From Candidatus Atelocyanobacterium thalassae (lineage in GTDB: Bacteria; Cyanobacteriota; Cyanobacteriia; Cyanobacteriales; Microcystaceae), in NCBI GenBank assembly GCA_051971635.1, contig JBFPLN010000003.1, forward strand, positions 448,001-512,000: 64,000 nucleotides of DNA. Reading direction: 5' to 3'. Below are positions 1-10,623 of the stretch, in pieces. Position 1 is the stretch's first letter; each line of letters starts with the position of its first letter. Both the position numbers and the translations under genes were made by a program. The notes below the pieces were generated by a model. It was not told the DNA's origin. It saw only the letters and a program-made list of their open reading frames with translations, and did no database searches.

Positions 1-725
1 AAAGCTTCGTCGTAAGCTTTTAAGGCTTTTAAATTATTTTCTACAGGATGAGAGGTAGGTAAATACTGTAATGTATTTGCTAAGTTATTCTGTAACATAG
101 CGTATTCACTAGGATAATTAGTAATCGTAATCCACTTCAATGCTGATTGAAATGACTGTATCGCAACCCCATATCTAATTTTTTCTTTATTTGGCCCTAA
201 GGGTAAAGATAAGTAAGCAACTGCAATATTATTTTGTAAAATAGCAAATTCTTGGGGATGATTTTTACCAGTAAATATTTTTGTTGCTTTGTAATACACT
301 TGTATAGCCTCTTGAGTGCTAGCCTCGTTAAACTCCACTAAGTTTTGTAAAACAATCCCTAAATTCATTTGAGCTTCAGCAATTTCTAGAGGAGAAGCAT
401 ATTTTTCTAAAATAGGCAAAGCATCTTGATAAGAGTTTTTTGCTTCTAACAATAATTCTTTTCCCTCATTAGGGATAGAACGTAGAGCTGTTCCTATTCC
501 TGAAAGGCATCTAGCCTTAAGTAATGGTATATCATCAATGCTCAATTCTAGTCCTTTACGATAAAGGAAAATAGAGTCTTTAATTTCTTCAGCTGTTTTT
601 GCTTGGCTCTGTAATCTAGTTGCTATTTCTATCAGCATTTCAATTTTTTCTGATGTTGTAGCTACTTCAGATTCAACAGCTTTTAAAGCAGCCTTAACGT
701 TAGCATTACTAAAAGTAAGTGTCAC
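1..725 (-). CDS. TPR-repeat protein, partial (runs off the window start); resembles the TPR protein found beside hyp/hup clusters in N2-fixing cyanobacteria
   Basis: Not in the ORF track. Hand translation from GTG 725 is open to position 1: MTLTFSNANVKAALKAVESEVATTSEKIEMLIEIA...AEAQMNLGIVLQNL...EFAILQNNIAVAY...EYAMLQNNLANTLQY. The repeated xAxLQNNLA motifs are TPR-like. Confidence 0.8.
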   Translation of the reverse strand, partial: MTLTFSNANVKAALKAVESEVATTSEKIEMLIEIATRLQSQAKTAEEIKDSIFLYRKGLELSIDDIPLLKARCLSGIGTALRSIPNEGKELLLEAKNSYQDALPILEKYASPLEIAEAQMNLGIVLQNLVEFNEASTQEAIQVYYKATKIFTGKNHPQEFAILQNNIAVAYLSLPLGPNKEKIRYGVAIQSFQSALKWITITNYPSEYAMLQNNLANTLQYLPTSHPVENNLKALKAYDEA

Positions 726-1365
726 AATATTGATAGTTAGTTATGTAAAATTAACAAAGAAATATGCACAAAAGTTAGCTTCTGTAATTAAACTTAAGCA
801 TTTCACTGATGTTTAGTACTTCAAATATATTTGAAGATATATTATTATTGAATCAAAAATATTTTACTTTACTATACTTCCTTGGTATTTTTTAATAAAT
901 TTACCTTAGTTGTTTTTTTTAGAGGAAGTTTTTTAAGACTATTACTATAAATTTTATGATTAGCTATTTAACTCTAATTTCTAAACTACTACGTAGTTAT
1001 GATACATTTCTATAACTTTTAGAAAATACTATTTTTGAACAATTTGTTTATTATCGTATTTATTGAAAAACAGTAATGTAGATGGAGATAAAATCTAAAA
1101 ATTGTGGGGTTTTAGTTTTAATCTATGTATTCCAATAAAGAAAAGCGAGATATTATTACCCGGCTTATTTATGATAAAAGATTATCTACTAGTAAACATA
1201 AGACTAGAAGAATGCTTAATTAAGAATTTTTTTACTGTCTAAAAAAATAAATATTAGCCGGGATGTTTTAAGTATATAGAATCTGAATAGTCATATCGTT
1301 ATTGGTATCAAGATAACAAGGAATGACAAGATGTTGATATCAATAGTACTTCACTGTCATTTGTC

Positions 1366-1581
1366 TCATAGAATTTCTAACTGATCTACACGCAACCAAA
1401 CACTAGGAGCTGGTGCTGAAAACTGAATCAAAGCATATTCATCGTTAAGATCTAATATCTCGCCTTTAGTCTGAAATAGATAGCTTGGAAAACGTTTATC
1501 ACTAGCTTTTCCTTCTAGACTATTTTCTAAACTTTCCTTAATTACGCGAACCAACATACCTTTCTTAATTTGAGCTGCCAT
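1366..1581 (-). CDS. ndhO: NDH-1 (NAD(P)H-quinone oxidoreductase) subunit O
   Basis: 71 aa with KKGxLVRV...LENSLE...ASDxRFPSYLF...VWLRxDQL, typical of cyanobacterial NdhO. Confidence 0.92.
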   Translation of the reverse strand: MAAQIKKGMLVRVIKESLENSLEGKASDKRFPSYLFQTKGEILDLNDEYALIQFSAPAPSVWLRVDQLEIL

Positions 1582-1977
1582 AATTAACTATTAACTTTAA
1601 AGTTCACTCTCCAACCTTTATTCTAACAAATAATGTGTGGTTAACAAATTATGAACGATTTTTATTTAATTGATAAGGACAAACTCAATTTAGAATACAT
1701 TCAATAAATTTGCTTACGAAAAATAAAATATTATATATGAGATAAGGTTACTTCTTTTGAACTCAATTTATACACTTTAAATAAAAGATTTTCTCTAAGT
1801 TTCCTAAAAGATTTTTTGTTGAGAATATAACCATAGTACTTTTTATTAGGATATAGGCTGATTAAAATTAGTTATTTTAGATTAAAAAAGAAAAATTAAT
1901 CATGAACTGTTACTATAATCATTAATCCTGATATTAATAGTTTTAGAGGAGAATTTTTTAAAAATTAACTAAGAACT

Positions 1978-3162
1978 ATGAAAATTACAAAGCTTTTACT
2001 TAAAATAAAAAATTGCTGCATCATACTTTTACTTACCATAATTTTTTGTTTTTCTGGTTTTTATAATTCAGTTTCTAAGGCTGAACCCATAACTCATGTA
2101 TCAGAAAAATCACCCAGCTATTATGACAACACTGGAGCGGATAACTTTATATCAGCTGCGGTTGTTCGTACTGGTCCAGCAGTAGTTCGTATTGACACTG
2201 AAACTGTTGTCACAAGACAACTTAATCCATTCTTTGATGATCCATTGTTTCGTGATTTTTTTGGGCAACAGTTAAGACCTCGTATTCCTCAGGAACGTAG
2301 AATTACAGGGCAAGGCTCAGGATTTATAATCGATGGAAGCGGTGTTATTTTAACAAATGCTCATGTAGTAAGTAACGCCGACAAAGTCACTGTAACTCTT
2401 AAGGATGGACGTACTTTTAATGGGAAGGTCAAAGGTACTGACGAGGTAACCGATTTAGCTGTAGTAGGTATTGATTCTCAAGGAAATAACTTACCTGTCG
2501 CAAAATTGGGAGATTCTAAAAAACTTCAAGTTGGTGATTGGGCTATTGCTGTAGGAAATCCTGTAGGCTTAGACAATACGGTTACATTAGGTATTATTAG
2601 TACCATTGGCCGTTCTGCAGCTCAAGCGGGTATTCCTGATAAACGTCTCGATTTTATTCAAACAGATGCTGCAATAAACCCTGGCAATTCTGGAGGACCT
2701 TTACTGAACAGGTTAGGAGAAGTAATTGGTATTAATACCGCAATTCGTGCTGACGCAATGGGTATTGGCTTTGCTATTCCAATTAATAAAGCGAAAACTT
2801 TACAAAAGGCTTTAGTATCTGGCCAACAAGTACCACATCCATATATTGGAGTGCAAATGGTTAATATTACCCCTGAAATTGCTAGAGAGAATAATAGAAA
2901 TCCAAATTCTCCAATTATTATTGCTGAAGTTGATGGAATTTTAGTTATTCAGGTAGTTCCTGATAGTCCAGCTGCAAAAGCGCGACTACGTCGTGGTGAC
3001 GTAATTGTAGCTGTTAATAATCAGCCAGTTAAAGATGGAGGAGATCTACAAAAAATTGTTGAAGATACTGGTATCAATACTAACTTAAAGCTTAAGTTAT
3101 ATCGTGGTGATCGTCTAATGGAATTGACGGTTAGAACTAAACAATTAAAAGGAACATCATAA
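1978..3162 (+). CDS. hhoA: HtrA/Deg family serine protease with one PDZ domain
   Basis: N-terminal hydrophobic signal; TNAHVV, DLAVV and QTDAAINPGNSGGPL catalytic motifs; C-terminal PDZ domain. Confidence 0.93.
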   Translation: MKITKLLLKIKNCCIILLLTIIFCFSGFYNSVSKAEPITHVSEKSPSYYDNTGADNFISAAVVRTGPAVVRIDTETVVTRQLNPFFDDPLFRDFFGQQLRPRIPQERRITGQGSGFIIDGSGVILTNAHVVSNADKVTVTLKDGRTFNGKVKGTDEVTDLAVVGIDSQGNNLPVAKLGDSKKLQVGDWAIAVGNPVGLDNTVTLGIISTIGRSAAQAGIPDKRLDFIQTDAAINPGNSGGPLLNRLGEVIGINTAIRADAMGIGFAIPINKAKTLQKALVSGQQVPHPYIGVQMVNITPEIARENNRNPNSPIIIAEVDGILVIQVVPDSPAAKARLRRGDVIVAVNNQPVKDGGDLQKIVEDTGINTNLKLKLYRGDRLMELTVRTKQLKGTS

Positions 3163-3170
3163 CTAATTAT

Positions 3171-3207
3171 AGTAAATAGTTCATTTTCTAAGTAAGAACT
3201 ATTTACT
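3171..3207. terminator. 12-bp inverted repeat between convergent genes
   Basis: agtaaatagttc (3171-3182) pairs with gaactatttact (3196-3207). Confidence 0.6.
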
Positions 3208-3281
3208 TATTAAAATTTAGTATTTTTTATATAAAAAGTACATTGTTCTTTTGTTTAAGAATTAATTAATATTTATGTAAA

Positions 3282-4076
3282 TTACTTAAAGGTAATTAAA
3301 TTTGAAAATAAAGTTTTAAGTTGGAATAACTCAACTCCTAAAAAAGATAGAAAAAAGGCTATTAATGCACCAGTAGATGTATTTATAATATTGACTACAT
3401 CATTCGTCATCCAATCTATTTTATCCTGGAACATTGCTCCAATTAAGCTTTCTATATTTGTAGCAATAAACGCAGCAACTATACAATAAAAGACCTCAGT
3501 GAAGTTAATTAAGTTAATAAAAAAACTAATTAATGCAATGAATGCTGATGCCAAGAATCCTGCAACAGTTCCTTCAAAACTAATTGCTCCTTCTGTACCT
3601 GGAGATACTGGCTTTAAAGTAGTAATTAAAAAGGTATTTTTTCCATAAACTTTCCCCAGTTCAGAAGCTACTGTATCTGATAATTTAGTGCTAATACTTG
3701 CTACATATCCTAATATAAATAGTTTTGTATAGAAAGGATTACTGGATAAAGTTCCTACAGCACAAATCAGAGCAGTTAGTCCTGAACCCCACACATTTTC
3801 AGGTCCTCTTACTCCTGACCTTTTTTCAGCAATTCCTGCTTTTTTCTTTTCTGACATACCAACATATGTCATAGCTGATCCAATGATAAAATAAAATGCA
3901 ATGACACTATACCCTTGCCAACCCAAAAGCCACCAAATAGAAATTCCCAAAAACCAAGCGTTTAAATATCCTGGAAGAGTTAGTAATTTCTTAGGTGCAA
4001 CTATAGCTATGCTAAGCAATAAGGTATTCAGTATAATACCTGTAAACCAAGAGCTATCTGAATATAATATGATCAT
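3282..4076 (-). CDS. DUF92/TIGR00297 membrane protein (VTE6 phytyl-phosphate kinase-like)
   Basis: Multi-TM protein with AEKRSGVRGPENVWGS, STKLSDTVASELGK and PGTEGAISFEGT motifs. Confidence 0.88.
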   Translation of the reverse strand: MIILYSDSSWFTGIILNTLLLSIAIVAPKKLLTLPGYLNAWFLGISIWWLLGWQGYSVIAFYFIIGSAMTYVGMSEKKKAGIAEKRSGVRGPENVWGSGLTALICAVGTLSSNPFYTKLFILGYVASISTKLSDTVASELGKVYGKNTFLITTLKPVSPGTEGAISFEGTVAGFLASAFIALISFFINLINFTEVFYCIVAAFIATNIESLIGAMFQDKIDWMTNDVVNIINTSTGALIAFFLSFLGVELFQLKTLFSNLITFK

Positions 4077-4384
4077 TATTTGTAGTTCCTTAATTTCACC
4101 ATGAATACATAAACAAGCTAATTTATCTAATTTTTTAATTTCTAGTCTAATCGATAAGAAATGATTATGATAATCTGAACTCTCGAATTTACTGAGATTA
4201 TTAAATATTAGTATCCTGGTGATATATTAAGTTACGTAATTTATACTTCTACTTCGCAAAAATAGAAAACAATCTATAGATCTACTGAATAACAATATTT
4301 TTTGTAAAGATATTAAATAAGATAAAATATTATTAATATAAAGAGTTTGACAATCACCATAACCTTTAAAGGCTACTATAAATC

Positions 4385-4741
4385 ATGACACAAGTAAATC
4401 AAAACCAATCTAAAGGAATAAACATGACACAAGCTGCTCTTGAACATGTTTTGAAATTAAGGGAAAAGCAAAACAAAGATCTCTGCTTACGTGTTGGAGT
4501 TCGACAAGGAGGATGTTCTGGAATGTCTTATATGATGGAATTTGAAAATCCTGAAAGTATAGAAGAACAAGATAAAATATTTGACTATGATGGTTTCCAA
4601 CTTATATGTGATCCTAAAAGTTTTCTTTATCTTTATGGATTAGTTCTTGATTATAGCGATGCTATGATCGGTGGTGGATTCGAATTTACAAACCCTAATG
4701 CTAATCAAACTTGTGGATGTGGAAAATCCTTTGGTGTTTAG
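4385..4741 (+). CDS. sufA: A-type Fe-S cluster carrier (SufA/IscA/HesB family)
   Basis: GGCSGMSY and C-terminal NPNAxxTCGCGKSF motifs. Confidence 0.93.
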   Translation: MTQVNQNQSKGINMTQAALEHVLKLREKQNKDLCLRVGVRQGGCSGMSYMMEFENPESIEEQDKIFDYDGFQLICDPKSFLYLYGLVLDYSDAMIGGGFEFTNPNANQTCGCGKSFGV

Positions 4742-4822
4742 GCCTTACTGCAAAACATATATTTGAAGCGAGCTATTCTTTGCTTCTTTTTATTAATTAA
4801 TAAGATTCAATAAAACCAAAAA

Positions 4823-5248
4823 ATGACAGATTCATCTAAGACTGATTTTGAAGAAGGGTTGAAAAGATACAAAAACGGAGAAAGACCCGAAGAACTAATT
4901 ACTCATTTTAAGAAAATTTGTGATGATTTTCCTAAGTATGCAGTAGCTTGGACTTGCCTAGCTTGGTTATATCTACTTGCTGATAAGCCATGCCAAGCCC
5001 TAAAAGCTGCTAAAAAAAGTGTTAAAATCGATAGTAAATCTCCTCAAGGTCGTATTAATCTTGCCCTGGCAATGTTAGAGTGTGATGAGAAAGGCGTTCG
5101 TTCTCATATCGAAGCGGCAGAGCAAGTAATGACTTTAGATCAAGAAACTTATCAGGAAGTTTTAGAGAATATAGAGGATGGCTTAAATCGAAAACCTAAC
5201 TGGAAGAATCTTAAAAGTATTCAGAAATGGTTATCATTATCTAGTTAA
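4823..5248 (+). CDS. Conserved cyanobacterial TPR-like protein
   Basis: AWTCLAWLYLL...ALKAAKKSVK...PQGRINLALAML helical-repeat pattern. Confidence 0.75.
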   Translation: MTDSSKTDFEEGLKRYKNGERPEELITHFKKICDDFPKYAVAWTCLAWLYLLADKPCQALKAAKKSVKIDSKSPQGRINLALAMLECDEKGVRSHIEAAEQVMTLDQETYQEVLENIEDGLNRKPNWKNLKSIQKWLSLSS

Positions 5249-5347
5249 CTAGAAATAAGCTATAGACAATATTTATAAAGTACCGCCGATATACTGTGTT
5301 TTATATGATTAAAAATCAAGGTAATTCATTGAAAAAAAGTTTTTGAC

Positions 5348-5377
5348 TTGTTAAAAAAGTATAAAACGCAGTATAAT
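5348..5377 (+). promoter_or_regulatory. Putative sigma70-type promoter of tRNA-Leu
   Basis: TTGTTA-N18-TATAAT ending 16 nt before the tRNA. Confidence 0.5.
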
Positions 5378-5393
5378 ATCGGATGAACTTTAT

Positions 5394-5475
5394 GGGCGGA
5401 TGGCGAAATTGGTAGACGCACCACACTCAAAATGTGGCGACTTCGGTTGTGGGGGTTCGAGTCCCCCTCTGCCCA
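5394..5475 (+). tRNA. trnL: tRNA-Leu(CAA)
   Basis: GGGCGGATGGCGAAATTGGTAGACGC...CT-CAA-AA loop, long variable arm with TTCG loop, GTTCGAGTC T-loop; CCA not encoded. Confidence 0.96.
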
Positions 5476-5848
5476 CTAAATAAGGAATCTATAGTATCTG
5501 ATTTTATCCATGGTAAATAGCTTGTTGCTTTTTTACTGAGTTAGTATTTAAATGGAGATGAATACTAAATCTAATTTAGATACTACTTGATTAACTATTT
5601 TTTATGAATAAAGCATAGAAACATATTAATTACAAATATAATAAAATTATAGTTATGTTATGAACCAATCTTTATTTGCTCATAACAACTATATTAATTT
5701 CTATAATTGGCAATTAATTAACAACTTTTTGTACAATTAAATTTCACAACTTATTCTAAATTTTTTTAGTGGTTTGTAATAAAACACAATCTTGGATTAA
5801 AACTAAATCTTAGACTATTCAATTGCAGCCGACTATCAGGTAGATTCA

Positions 5849-6655
5849 GTGGACTTGACTCAAATTTTTAACACAACAAATCCAATTATTGGCGTTGTTC
5901 ACCTGTTGCCTCTGCCCACATCAGCGCGATGGGGAGGTAGTTTAACTGCAGTGATTGAACGAGCCGAACAAGAAGCTACTGCTCTCGCAGCGGGAGGAGT
6001 ACATGGTATTATTCTTGAGAATTTTTTTGACACTCCTTTTACGAAAAATAAAGTCGATCCAGCAGTGATAAGTGCTATGACTTTAATTGTTGATCGCATT
6101 AAAAATTTGGTTGTTATTCCTGTTGGTATTAATTTATTGCGGAATGATTCTATTGGGGCTATGGCTATTGCTTCAACAATGGATGCTCAATTTATCCGTG
6201 TTAATGCTTTAACAGGTATTATGACCACAGATCAAGGCTTTATCGAAGGTAATGCTCATCAATTGTTGAGATATAGAAAGGAATTAGGAGCAAATGTAGT
6301 TATCTTGGCAGATGTTTTAGTTAAGCATGCTCGCCCATTAGATACTATAAATTTAACAGATGCGGTAAGAGATACTGTAGAGAAAGGGCTTGCGGACGGT
6401 ATCATTTTATCGGGTTGGTCTGAAGACAGTCCTCCTAGTATTGACGATTTAAAATTAGCCACTACAGTCGCAGAAGGAATACCAATTTTTGTAGGTAGTG
6501 GAGCTAATTCAAACAACATTGGTAAGTTAATGAATGTAGCCAATGGTGTAATTGTGGCGAGATCACTAAAACGTTATGGGAAAATTAGTGACCCTATTGA
6601 TCCAATTCGTGTAGCTCAATTTATTGAAGCAACTAAAAGAAATATTGGCTCTTAG
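5849..6655 (+). CDS. btpA: Photosystem I biogenesis protein BtpA
   Basis: IIGVVHLLPLPTSARWGG, ENFFDxPF and ADVLVKHARP motifs of the BtpA/SgcQ family. Confidence 0.92.
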   Translation: MDLTQIFNTTNPIIGVVHLLPLPTSARWGGSLTAVIERAEQEATALAAGGVHGIILENFFDTPFTKNKVDPAVISAMTLIVDRIKNLVVIPVGINLLRNDSIGAMAIASTMDAQFIRVNALTGIMTTDQGFIEGNAHQLLRYRKELGANVVILADVLVKHARPLDTINLTDAVRDTVEKGLADGIILSGWSEDSPPSIDDLKLATTVAEGIPIFVGSGANSNNIGKLMNVANGVIVARSLKRYGKISDPIDPIRVAQFIEATKRNIGS

Positions 6656-6742
6656 GAAAAACTAGATTATAGTAGTTCCTACGGTTAAGGTGATAAAAAC
6701 CTTCCTGAAATTCAGAATAATTATATTTTAGTAAAAATCACT

Positions 6743-7723
6743 ATGATGTATAAACGTTCTACCCCAACAATATATCGTTGGTCACGATATATTGTTGGTA
6801 TGATTGCAATATCTGGTACGATTTTAACGGCTTATTTAACTATAACAAAGCTGACCGGAACAAATATATATTGTGGCGTTAATGATGCTCAAATTTTAGA
6901 GACAAGTTGCAAAAATGTTCTTAATAGTCGTTATGCTACAGTATTCAATTTGCCTTTAAGCCTGTTTGGAACTTTAGCTTATACCAGCATGGCTATTGCT
7001 TCTCTCGGTCCATTATTATTAAAGCCTGAAAAAAATAAAAGCTTTATAGCAAAAATTGATGAGTGGACATGGCAGTTTCTTCTAATAGGAGGAACTGCCA
7101 TGGCAGTATTTAGTAGCTATCTAATGTATATTTTATCTACAGAACTATACTCAACTTGTTACTATTGTTTAGGTTCTTTTGCCTTTTCTGTTAGTTTAAT
7201 GATTTTCAGTATTTTAGGTAAAGAGTGGGAAGATTTAGGCCAAACTTTGTTCGTTTCTATTATTGTCATAATAGTTACTTTAGTCGGAATTCTAGCAATA
7301 TATGCTGATGTTGAAGAACCATTAATTGATGGCCGTATTACTATTAAGCAAGCAAAAACAGTACCACATCCTCCCAATGGATGGCCAATAACTTCTAAAT
7401 CAGGAGAAGCAGAAATTAGGTTGGCAGAACATTTAACTTCTGTTGGAGCTAAAATGTATGGTGCATTTTGGTGTCCTCATTGTCATGATCAGAAACAACT
7501 ATTTGGCTCAGTAGCATTTCAAAAAATTAATTATATTGAATGCGATCCCAGAGGAAAAAATCCTCAACCTAATATTTGTATTTCCTCAAACATAAAGTCT
7601 TACCCTTCATGGGAAATCAATGAGGAACAATTATCAGGAGCTCAATCTCTTGATGATTTGGCAAAAAAATCTAATTACAAAGATTCTGTCGACTTTAAAT
7701 ATATAATTCCTGAACACAAATAA
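6743..7723 (+). CDS. VKOR-thioredoxin fusion (thylakoid disulfide-bond formation, LTO1/SynDsbAB-like)
   Basis: VKOR TM domain with C...SC and CYYC; C-terminal thioredoxin-like domain with MYGAFWCPHC. Confidence 0.92.
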   Translation: MMYKRSTPTIYRWSRYIVGMIAISGTILTAYLTITKLTGTNIYCGVNDAQILETSCKNVLNSRYATVFNLPLSLFGTLAYTSMAIASLGPLLLKPEKNKSFIAKIDEWTWQFLLIGGTAMAVFSSYLMYILSTELYSTCYYCLGSFAFSVSLMIFSILGKEWEDLGQTLFVSIIVIIVTLVGILAIYADVEEPLIDGRITIKQAKTVPHPPNGWPITSKSGEAEIRLAEHLTSVGAKMYGAFWCPHCHDQKQLFGSVAFQKINYIECDPRGKNPQPNICISSNIKSYPSWEINEEQLSGAQSLDDLAKKSNYKDSVDFKYIIPEHK

Positions 7724-7782
7724 ATGTAAATAAAAGCTGAGCAATAAATTCTATTTATTGCTCAGCTTTTATTTACATTTAT
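7720..7782. terminator. Perfect 30-bp inverted repeat with 3-nt loop between convergent genes
   Basis: ataaatgtaaataaaagctgagcaataaat-tct-atttattgctcagcttttatttacatttat. Confidence 0.85.
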
Positions 7783-7911
7783 ACTTAAGATATCTTTAAA
7801 AAATGAAATAGGATAAATAGAAGATAACTATGTTTTATTTTAAAAATGTCTATTTTAAGTAAAATATATTAGTTTAATAGATTACTAACCAACTCAGCCT
7901 TAGTTAAGAGA

Positions 7912-8892
7912 CTAAGAAAATAAAATACATAATTCTAATATTTTATGTTTTAATATTTCTTCCGGATTATATCCTTTTTTTAAGTTATTTTCTAACTCTA
8001 ATAAGATAGAAAAGGTTTTCAATAAATCTTCACTTTTAATATTTCTAATCTCTTTTCTTAAAAAAAACAAACGATTAGGGTTTGATATGTCAGCAGCCTT
8101 AGCTATTGCTTTATTATCATCTTCTCCTGTCTCGAGTTTAAGCTTAACAATAGCCCAAGTTCTAAACTGTCCTACTAAAGTTGTTACTATTTTTAGAGGA
8201 TGCTCATTATAAGACAATAATTTTACGATTATCTTTAATGCTTGTTCTTTATTACCCTCAGATATTACTTTGGCTAATCGTAGGCTACTATAAGTATTAA
8301 TATTTACTACAGAAGAAACTATATCTTCATCTATAGGCCCTTCTTTATCATAATTATAGAGACTTAACTTCTCTAATTCATTCCATAATAATCGAGTATC
8401 ATTTCCTATTGATTCTACTAATAAATTTAACGCCAATGGGGATAAAATGACTCCTATTTCGTAAGAAAATTCTTGAGCTTTAGCAATTAATTCATCTGTT
8501 TTCCAAGAAGGAATTAAACTAAACTCACGTATGTTTGCGTATTTTTCAAAAAGTTTTGTCGATTTTAATTTTCTATTTGGCTTTTTATTAGACGTTAATA
8601 CAAGACTAGAATGATTAGGAATAGCTGGTACAAGACGTTCTATTTCAAAGATAACATCGTCTGAGCACTGTTGGAAAATAGAAGATTCCTCAAGCCATAT
8701 AAATTTTCCTCCTACTCCAAAAGGAGGAGTCATAACTTGATTTAGAACTTCCAATATAGAATAACTATTTTCCTCGCGCACTTTACTATAATTAAATTGC
8801 ACCCAGTCAGGATCAACAATTTCTTTTTTTAATTTTTGAATATTCTGGATAATTCTAAAATCATCTTCACCCCAAAAAAAATAAATTCCCAT
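7912..8892 (-). CDS. holA: DNA polymerase III delta subunit
   Basis: IYFFWGEDDF start, TPPFGxGG and GNDTRLLWNELEKL motifs of cyanobacterial HolA. Confidence 0.92.
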   Translation of the reverse strand: MGIYFFWGEDDFRIIQNIQKLKKEIVDPDWVQFNYSKVREENSYSILEVLNQVMTPPFGVGGKFIWLEESSIFQQCSDDVIFEIERLVPAIPNHSSLVLTSNKKPNRKLKSTKLFEKYANIREFSLIPSWKTDELIAKAQEFSYEIGVILSPLALNLLVESIGNDTRLLWNELEKLSLYNYDKEGPIDEDIVSSVVNINTYSSLRLAKVISEGNKEQALKIIVKLLSYNEHPLKIVTTLVGQFRTWAIVKLKLETGEDDNKAIAKAADISNPNRLFFLRKEIRNIKSEDLLKTFSILLELENNLKKGYNPEEILKHKILELCILFS

Positions 8893-9156
8893 GCTAGGAC
8901 GCTAAGATTATTTTATGGACTCTTGTATCATAGCTTTAATAGATAACATATATTAAGGCTATCCTATATACAAAAAATAATCTTTAATTTGTTTTTTTAG
9001 AAAATTGCTATGTATTTAGAGTTAATAATTCAAAAAGAGAAGATTAAGATACTATAAAAGTTGAATAGCTTTTAAAAAATCATTCTATCAATTGTGCTAG
9101 GTATATTTTCTAGCGAAGTAAAGTAAAATAAATTAATATCTTTTAGTTTCATCATA

Positions 9157-9738
9157 ATGATTATAGAAAAATATTTACTGTCATCAACGTATAACTTAGG
9201 AATAGTTTTTGCTATGAATGATATTTTTTCTACTCAAGGAATTATGGTTATGTTATTGGTAGCTTATGGCTTCGCTATGTGGACTTTCCTTACGAACGCA
9301 CCTAAGGTTTATACAGTGATGGTATCCGATATCAAAATTGCGCAGAAGTTTTATGAAGGTTTGTTAAAATTAAACGCAGCAGATATTCCATTACATTACT
9401 ATTATACACCTGAAAAAAATCTAGGTACTTTAGCCACAGTAGATCCTTTACATATGTCAATGAATTATACAAATACGAGTAATATTAGTTTAGATACAAA
9501 ACATGGATTATGGTATCAACTTAAAAACAATACTCAACTTCATATAATAAGCGGAGCAAGTTACGGACATAATCATCGTCAGCGTCATGTATGTTTTGAA
9601 AATCGTTGTTTAGAAACCATTCTACTCAAGATCCAAGCAAAAAGATTAAAATATAGGATGCGTTCTAAACAACCTCTTAATTTTTTAGTCAAAGATATTG
9701 ATGAAAGAATTATTGAAATGGTAGAAGTTAAGAACTAG
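9157..9738 (+). CDS. Cyanobacterial glyoxalase-like (VOC) domain protein with N-terminal TM
   Basis: TVMVSDxxxAxxFYEGLL, GLWYQL, QLHII and RHVCF motifs; start codon uncertain. Confidence 0.7.
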   Translation: MIIEKYLLSSTYNLGIVFAMNDIFSTQGIMVMLLVAYGFAMWTFLTNAPKVYTVMVSDIKIAQKFYEGLLKLNAADIPLHYYYTPEKNLGTLATVDPLHMSMNYTNTSNISLDTKHGLWYQLKNNTQLHIISGASYGHNHRQRHVCFENRCLETILLKIQAKRLKYRMRSKQPLNFLVKDIDERIIEMVEVKN

Positions 9739-9779
9739 TTTCTATAGAAAAAGTATTTTTTAATACAAGTTATATTGTT

Positions 9780-10562
9780 TTATGGAATGATCTTTACACG
9801 CTTAGTAATCATAGTAATACCATCATTTCTAACAAGAATAGAAGATAACCATTGATCTTGAGGCTTATCTTGAGCAGGTATTCTTTTAAACAGCCCTCCA
9901 GACTTTAGTAGTTTTAATGGTATTTTAGGAGGATCTAGATAGTCATTGATATTAACTTTTCCAAAAATTGTCATTCCAGCTAAAAGATTATTACCCAAAG
10001 GTTCACTTAGGATGACATCAAAATCAAATGTTTCTCCAACCTTTACAGTCGCGGGTAAATTAACGACAACTTTTGGTGGTTGTTCTCCAGAGGTTAGCTT
10101 TGTTGTTTCGCTTAATATTTCTTGTGTAACTATTTTATTCGTTTGAAAAGACTGATGGGATTCTATTCTTGATTCTAATCTAATTTTTCTTTGGTTACTT
10201 ATTTTATTTCCTGTAATAGTAGTCAAAGTTTTGACAAACCAGTTTGCATCTTTTTTTTCCCAAGATAATATTTCTGTTCGATACTTTAAATCAGGATAAT
10301 CAATCCACAATTTATTAATTCCTTCAGTAAGATTATCTAATGTTAATCCATCAATCGTCTGATACTGATTACTATAAAATGATTTTATACGTTCTAAGTC
10401 TCTCGCATTGGCTGCATTATCAACTTGTGTAACGAATTGCTGAAGTTCCATGGGAATATCATCAATATTTTTTGCATTAACGGGTATGTGTGTTCCCAGA
10501 CTTAATCCACAACCAAGTATTATAGAAAGGAACCAACGTTGATAAATCATACGTTTATTCAT
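9780..10562 (-). CDS. Exported NTF2-like domain protein
   Basis: Signal peptide ending in VNA; SnoaL/NTF2-like N-domain; conserved GGLFK C-domain. Confidence 0.65.
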   Translation of the reverse strand: MNKRMIYQRWFLSIILGCGLSLGTHIPVNAKNIDDIPMELQQFVTQVDNAANARDLERIKSFYSNQYQTIDGLTLDNLTEGINKLWIDYPDLKYRTEILSWEKKDANWFVKTLTTITGNKISNQRKIRLESRIESHQSFQTNKIVTQEILSETTKLTSGEQPPKVVVNLPATVKVGETFDFDVILSEPLGNNLLAGMTIFGKVNINDYLDPPKIPLKLLKSGGLFKRIPAQDKPQDQWLSSILVRNDGITMITKRVKIIP

Positions 10563-10623
10563 ATTAAGGTATTCCGATTAATAGTACAGAATCCAAATTA
10601 ATTATAGCGGACTTTTTATCTTT

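Noticed and set aside
993..1005. NtcA-like site GTAgttatgaTAC upstream of the TPR gene
   Set aside because: The spacer is 7 nt, not the required GTA-N8-TAC
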